From positions 32,001 to 96,000 of IMG/VR virus record IMGVR_UViG_3300045125_000034: a stretch of DNA of 64,000 nucleotides; one strand, written 5' to 3'. Made by a program: the position numbers and the translations under genes. The notes under the pieces were generated by a model. That model was not told where the DNA came from. It worked only from the letters and a program-made list of their open reading frames with translations, and made no database searches. Source of the DNA: a virus. Below are positions 57,317 to 64,000 of this stretch, one piece after another (within the stretch, counting starts at the first letter, position 1; each line of letters starts with the position of its first letter).

Positions 57317-59260
57317 ATGAGTAACCACAACGGTTTGCCTACCCCATATCAATCTTTCATCCATCTTTCTCGTTACAGCAGATGGATGCCTGAAAAGAAT
57401 CGCAGAGAGACTTGGGAGGAAACCGTCAACCGTTACTTTGACTTCTTCCAAACACACCCTGCAAGGAGAAGTGCGGCTACACCGTTACTGCCGCACAGCG
57501 TGAGGAGTTGCAGAACGTGGTACTCAATCTTGATGTGATGCCCTCCATGCGAGCCTTGATGACTGCGGGAGAAGCATTGCAGCGTGACCATGTTGCAGGC
57601 TACAACTGTGCATTCGTTGCGGTCAATCGTCTTCGTGCCTTTGACGAAATCCTCTACATTCTCATGTGCGGTACGGGCGTGGGCTTCTCTGTTGAGCAGC
57701 AGTTTGTAAACAAGTTGCCAACCATCGCGGAGGAGTTCAGCGACAGCGACACCATCATCGTTGTTGAGGACAGCAAGATCGGTTGGGCAAAGGCATTCAA
57801 GGAACTGGATGTCGCTTCTTGTGGGCGGTCAGGTTCCAAAGTGGGATGTATCAAAGGTTCGTCCCGCAGGTGCAAGACTAAAGACATTCGGTGGTAGAGC
57901 AAGCGGTCCTCGTCCATTAGGAGGATCTGTTCCGCTTCTGCGTTGAGACATTCAAGAGAGCAGCGGGTCGCAAGTTGACTTCTATTGAGGTTCACGACAT
58001 CGTTTGCAAGATCGCAGAGATCGTGGTAGTCGGCGGTGTTCGTCGTTCTGCTCTCATCTCTCTATCTGATCTGAACGACGAGCGTATGCGTGATGCCAAG
58101 ACAGGTGCGTGGTGGGAAGCCAATGCACAGCGAGCCTTGACTAACAACTCTGCCGTCTACAAGGAGCGTCCTGAAGTAGGAACATTCATGAAGGAATGGC
58201 TGTCTCTTTACAACAGTCAAGTCGGGCGAGCGTGGCATCTTCAATCGTGATGCTGCCAAGCGAACCGTTGCGAAGTTGGGAGATCGTCGTGATTCAAACT
58301 ACGAGTTCGGAACCAACCCATGCTCGGAGATCATTCCTCCGTGATCGTGAGTTCTGCAATCTCTCCGAAGTTGTGGTTCGTAAGGATGACACCGTAGAGA
58401 CCCTGAAGAACAAGGTTCGTCTTGCTGCAATCCTTGGTACATGGCAGGCTAGTCTTGCTGACTTCCGTTACCTGTCAAGCGAGTGGCGTAAGAACTGCCA
58501 AGAGGAAGCCCTTCTTGGTGTATCTCTCACGGGCATCCTTGGATAACCCTATCATGCGTGGGACAGGCACGGAACTACAGTCCATGCTTGAGAATCTTCG
58601 TAAACACGCAGTTGACACAAACGAGAAGTGGGCAAACCGACTCAACATCAATCCCGCTGCTGCTATCACCTGTGTGAAGCCAAGCGGAACCGTATCGCAG
58701 TTGACGGATGCGGCTAGCGGTATTCATGCTCGCCACAACCCTTACTACATTCGTACCGTTCGTGCTGATCGTAAAGACCCTCTGTGCCAATTCATGTTGG
58801 ACAAGGGATTCCCGCAGAGCCGTGTGTGATGAAGCCCGATTCGGTCATGGTCTTCTCGTTCCCGATGAAGTCGCCCGATCATTGCATCACCCGTAACGAT
58901 ATGACGGCTATTGAACACCTTGACCTGTGGTTGGTGTATCAGAACTATTGGTGCGAACACAAGCCATCAATTACGGTAACGGTCAAGGAGCCTGAGTGGG
59001 TAGAGGTCGGTGCATGGGTCTACAAGCACTTGGATTCGGTATCAGGCATCTCGTTCCTACCCCACTCCGATCACTCCTACAAGCAGGCTCCCTATCAGGA
59101 CTGCACCAAGGAGGAATACGAAGCCTTCCTGAAGCGTATGCCCAAGGATGTGGATTGGACCGAACTGAGCAAGTACGAGAAGGAAGATAACACAAGTGGG
59201 ACGCAGACCTACGCCTGTTCTGCTAACTCCTGTGAAATCGTGGACTTAGTGAACTCGTAA
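57317..59260 (+). CDS. nrdJ: Class II (adenosylcobalamin-dependent) ribonucleotide reductase (frameshifted)
   Basis: SRYSRW..RRETWEETV.RY, MPSMR, YNC, GTGVGFSVE, GGVRRSA, GTNPCSEI, CVKPSGTVSQL, EHKPS, QAPYQ, C-terminal ACSANSCEI; no adjacent small-subunit gene. Confidence 0.92.
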
Positions 59261-59288
59261 GGTCCGGATAAAAGAATTTGTGAAAAAC

Positions 59289-59328
59289 ACTCTCCACCCC
59301 TTGCTTTTGGGTGGAGAGTTGTTATATT
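59289..59328 (+). promoter_or_regulatory. Putative early promoter whose -35 box sits inside an 11-bp inverted repeat
   Basis: ACTCTCCACCC-CTTGCTTTT-GGGTGGAGAGT; TTGCTT-N16-TATATT. Confidence 0.5.
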
Positions 59329-59350
59329 AGAGATGTAAAGGAAACCACCA

Positions 59351-60159
59351 ATGAGCAGCACCTCCCAAACAACCTACGAAGTCACCGAAGAGTTCAAGAA
59401 CGCGGCTTTGACCGAAGCCGAGCAGATCGCCAAGTTGGAGAAGGCAAGCACCGAGGGCAACTACTACTTGGAAGTCGCCGCCAAGTGCTTCGTCAAGAGC
59501 CGACTGTATGCGGGTCTCGCCGTCCGTAAGGAAACTTGGTCATGGCGCACCTTTGATGACTGCCGTAGTGGCGTGACCCGCCAAGTCCTTGCCCTGAACC
59601 TTGTGACGGGTGAGGTGTCGTGGGTGAACGACGGCGGCGGTGAGGATCTCTACGGCAGCACCGACGATACCAAGGGCAACATCCCCATGAACGCTACCCT
59701 GAGCAGCGGAAGCAGGCTCTTGAGTGGCTGAAGAACAATCGCGGCACTAACGCTGACCGCGATAGGCTTGCCTACCAACTGCGGTCGTGCGAGGAGACTG
59801 CCTCTCAGAAGGCGGCTGAAGCCTTCAATCGCCTGACCGAGATCCGCAAGGGCAACACCGTCAAGGTGGTCAAGGGTCGCAAGGTTCCTGTCGGGACTAC
59901 GGGTACGGTTGTGTGGGTCGGTAACAGCAACTACGGTCCTCGCGTCGGTATCAGTCCGAGCGGCAGGATGGTCGGTAAGCGGTACGCCGATGTTGTGTGG
60001 ACTGCCCTGACCAATGTGGAACTGAACGAACCCGCCATCGTGGAGGAGGCCAACCGTGCGGCTGCTGAAGCCCACCAAACCTACTACACGCGAGAGACCG
60101 CCGCCGCCTACGGTCGCTTCACCGAACTGATGGAGCGATACGCCCGACTGCTCGCCTGA
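59351..60159 (+). CDS. Hypothetical early protein with a KOW/SH3-like segment (frameshifted)
   Basis: RBS AAGGA; GC-richer codon usage; KGNTVKVVKGRKVPVGTTGTVVWVG. Confidence 0.55.
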
Positions 60160-60180
60160 ACTAAACTTCAGTCCTTTACG

Positions 60181-60226
60181 GACCCCCTGCCACCCCGAAA
60201 GGGACTACGGTCGGCAGGGGTCTTTA
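60181..60226 (+). terminator. Intrinsic-terminator-like hairpin overlapping a late promoter
   Basis: GACCCC(C)TGCC...GGCAGGGGTC followed by TTTAT; inner CCC-GAAA-GGG. Confidence 0.55.
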
Positions 60227-60237
60227 TAAATATGTAG

Positions 60238-60787
60238 GTGAAGATCGTAGGCATTGACTATTCATTATGCTCTCCGTGCGTTGCCTTTATAGGCACGGAT
60301 ATGACCTATGAGGCACACTTCTCACGCCCACCCGCAGGCATGCGGGCGCGTGTACGCACCCGTGCGTGGCGCGGACAGGCGTGTACACACGCACGGGCAT
60401 GCGTACCCTGATTGGACCACAGAGGAAGAGAGACACCACAAGATATCCGAATGGGCTTTAGGTCTCTGTAAGGGTGCAGACCTGATCGTTATAGAGGACT
60501 ATGCTATGGGAGCCAAGGGTCGCGTTTTCAACATTGGGGAGAACGCGGGACTGTTGAAATGGAAACTGTGGCAGGGTGGATACCGATTTGAAAAGATACC
60601 GCCAACGGTCTTGAAGAAGTACGCCACAGGTAAGGGTAACGCCGACAAGGACAAGATGCACCAAGCCTTCCTAGATCGCTTTGGAGTCAATCTGAAGTCT
60701 TTGATGACTCCTGACGCAACCAAAGTAGGAAACCCCGTGAGCGATATCGTAGACGCTATCTTCCTCTGCTGCTACGGCGAGACTCTA

Positions 60788-60802
<15 letters not shown>
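60238..60802 (+). CDS. RuvC-like Holliday junction resolvase
   Basis: IVGIDYS, VIEDY, IGENAG.LK, PTVLKKYATGKGNADK, DIVDA. Confidence 0.85.
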
Positions 60803-63637
<2,835 letters not shown>

Positions 63638-64000
63638 TTATGACTTCTCCCCTAGAATTGTCTTGTGTATTTATCTCTTTTCAAATATCAGACGAATCAC
63701 TTAGACACCTCGGGATATACTGTAATCATGCCCTGTTGCACTCTGCGAACGACATTACGCTCTTCCGGATTGCTATGTCCTGCACCGCCATCAATTCCAC
63801 ATCATAAAAATAGACTCCCGCTTTATTTCTGCGGTTTGAGATGCGGTTAGAGAAACTTTAATTCCTCCCTGAATCCCCTCTCAATTTTAGTCGCATTTAG
63901 TGTTATTGCTGTGGCAGAAGTGTAATATTTTCTCATTTGGCAATAAACAGAGTAGTCAAATTTGATGTTTTTAGGAGTCCCATCATCATTTTTGACGGTT

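Overview
This window is a 64-kb segment of a large T4-like (myovirus) dsDNA phage genome, most similar in gene content to environmental cyanophage/pelagiphage-type T4 relatives. The host cannot be determined from this window. The sequence looks like an uncorrected long read: nearly every gene is split by single-base indels, so gene ends are approximate and proteins were reconstructed by eye across frames. Contents in order: (1) putative head/internal polyproteins; (2) an array of 14 tRNAs, one interrupted by a group I intron and followed by a free-standing HNH nuclease, plus structured ncRNA candidates and guaC; (3) the T4 replication core (gp45, gp44, gp62, regA, gp43, uvsX, gp41, gp61) with dUTPase, an i-type lysozyme, endonuclease VII-like, a DNA methyltransferase and two GroES-like genes; (4) two AT-rich glycosylation islands, the larger one (between uvsX and gp41) holding a RuBisCO-like (form IV) protein beside a nucleotidyltransferase, a cupin and a phosphodiesterase; (5) an isolated tRNA-Ile(TAT), an RNA-ligase-like gene and a late cytidyltransferase-RimK-protease polyprotein with a T4-style capsid-targeting N-terminus; (6) thyX, collagen-like fibres, a sulfotransferase, a class II ribonucleotide reductase and a RuvC-like resolvase. 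Top candidates for new biology: the RLP-containing sugar pathway, the virion-packaged RimK polyprotein, the intron-tRNA/HNH pair, a tRNA-like ncRNA, and recurrent Z-DNA-prone tracts written into coding sequence. All family assignments come from motif recognition, not database searches.
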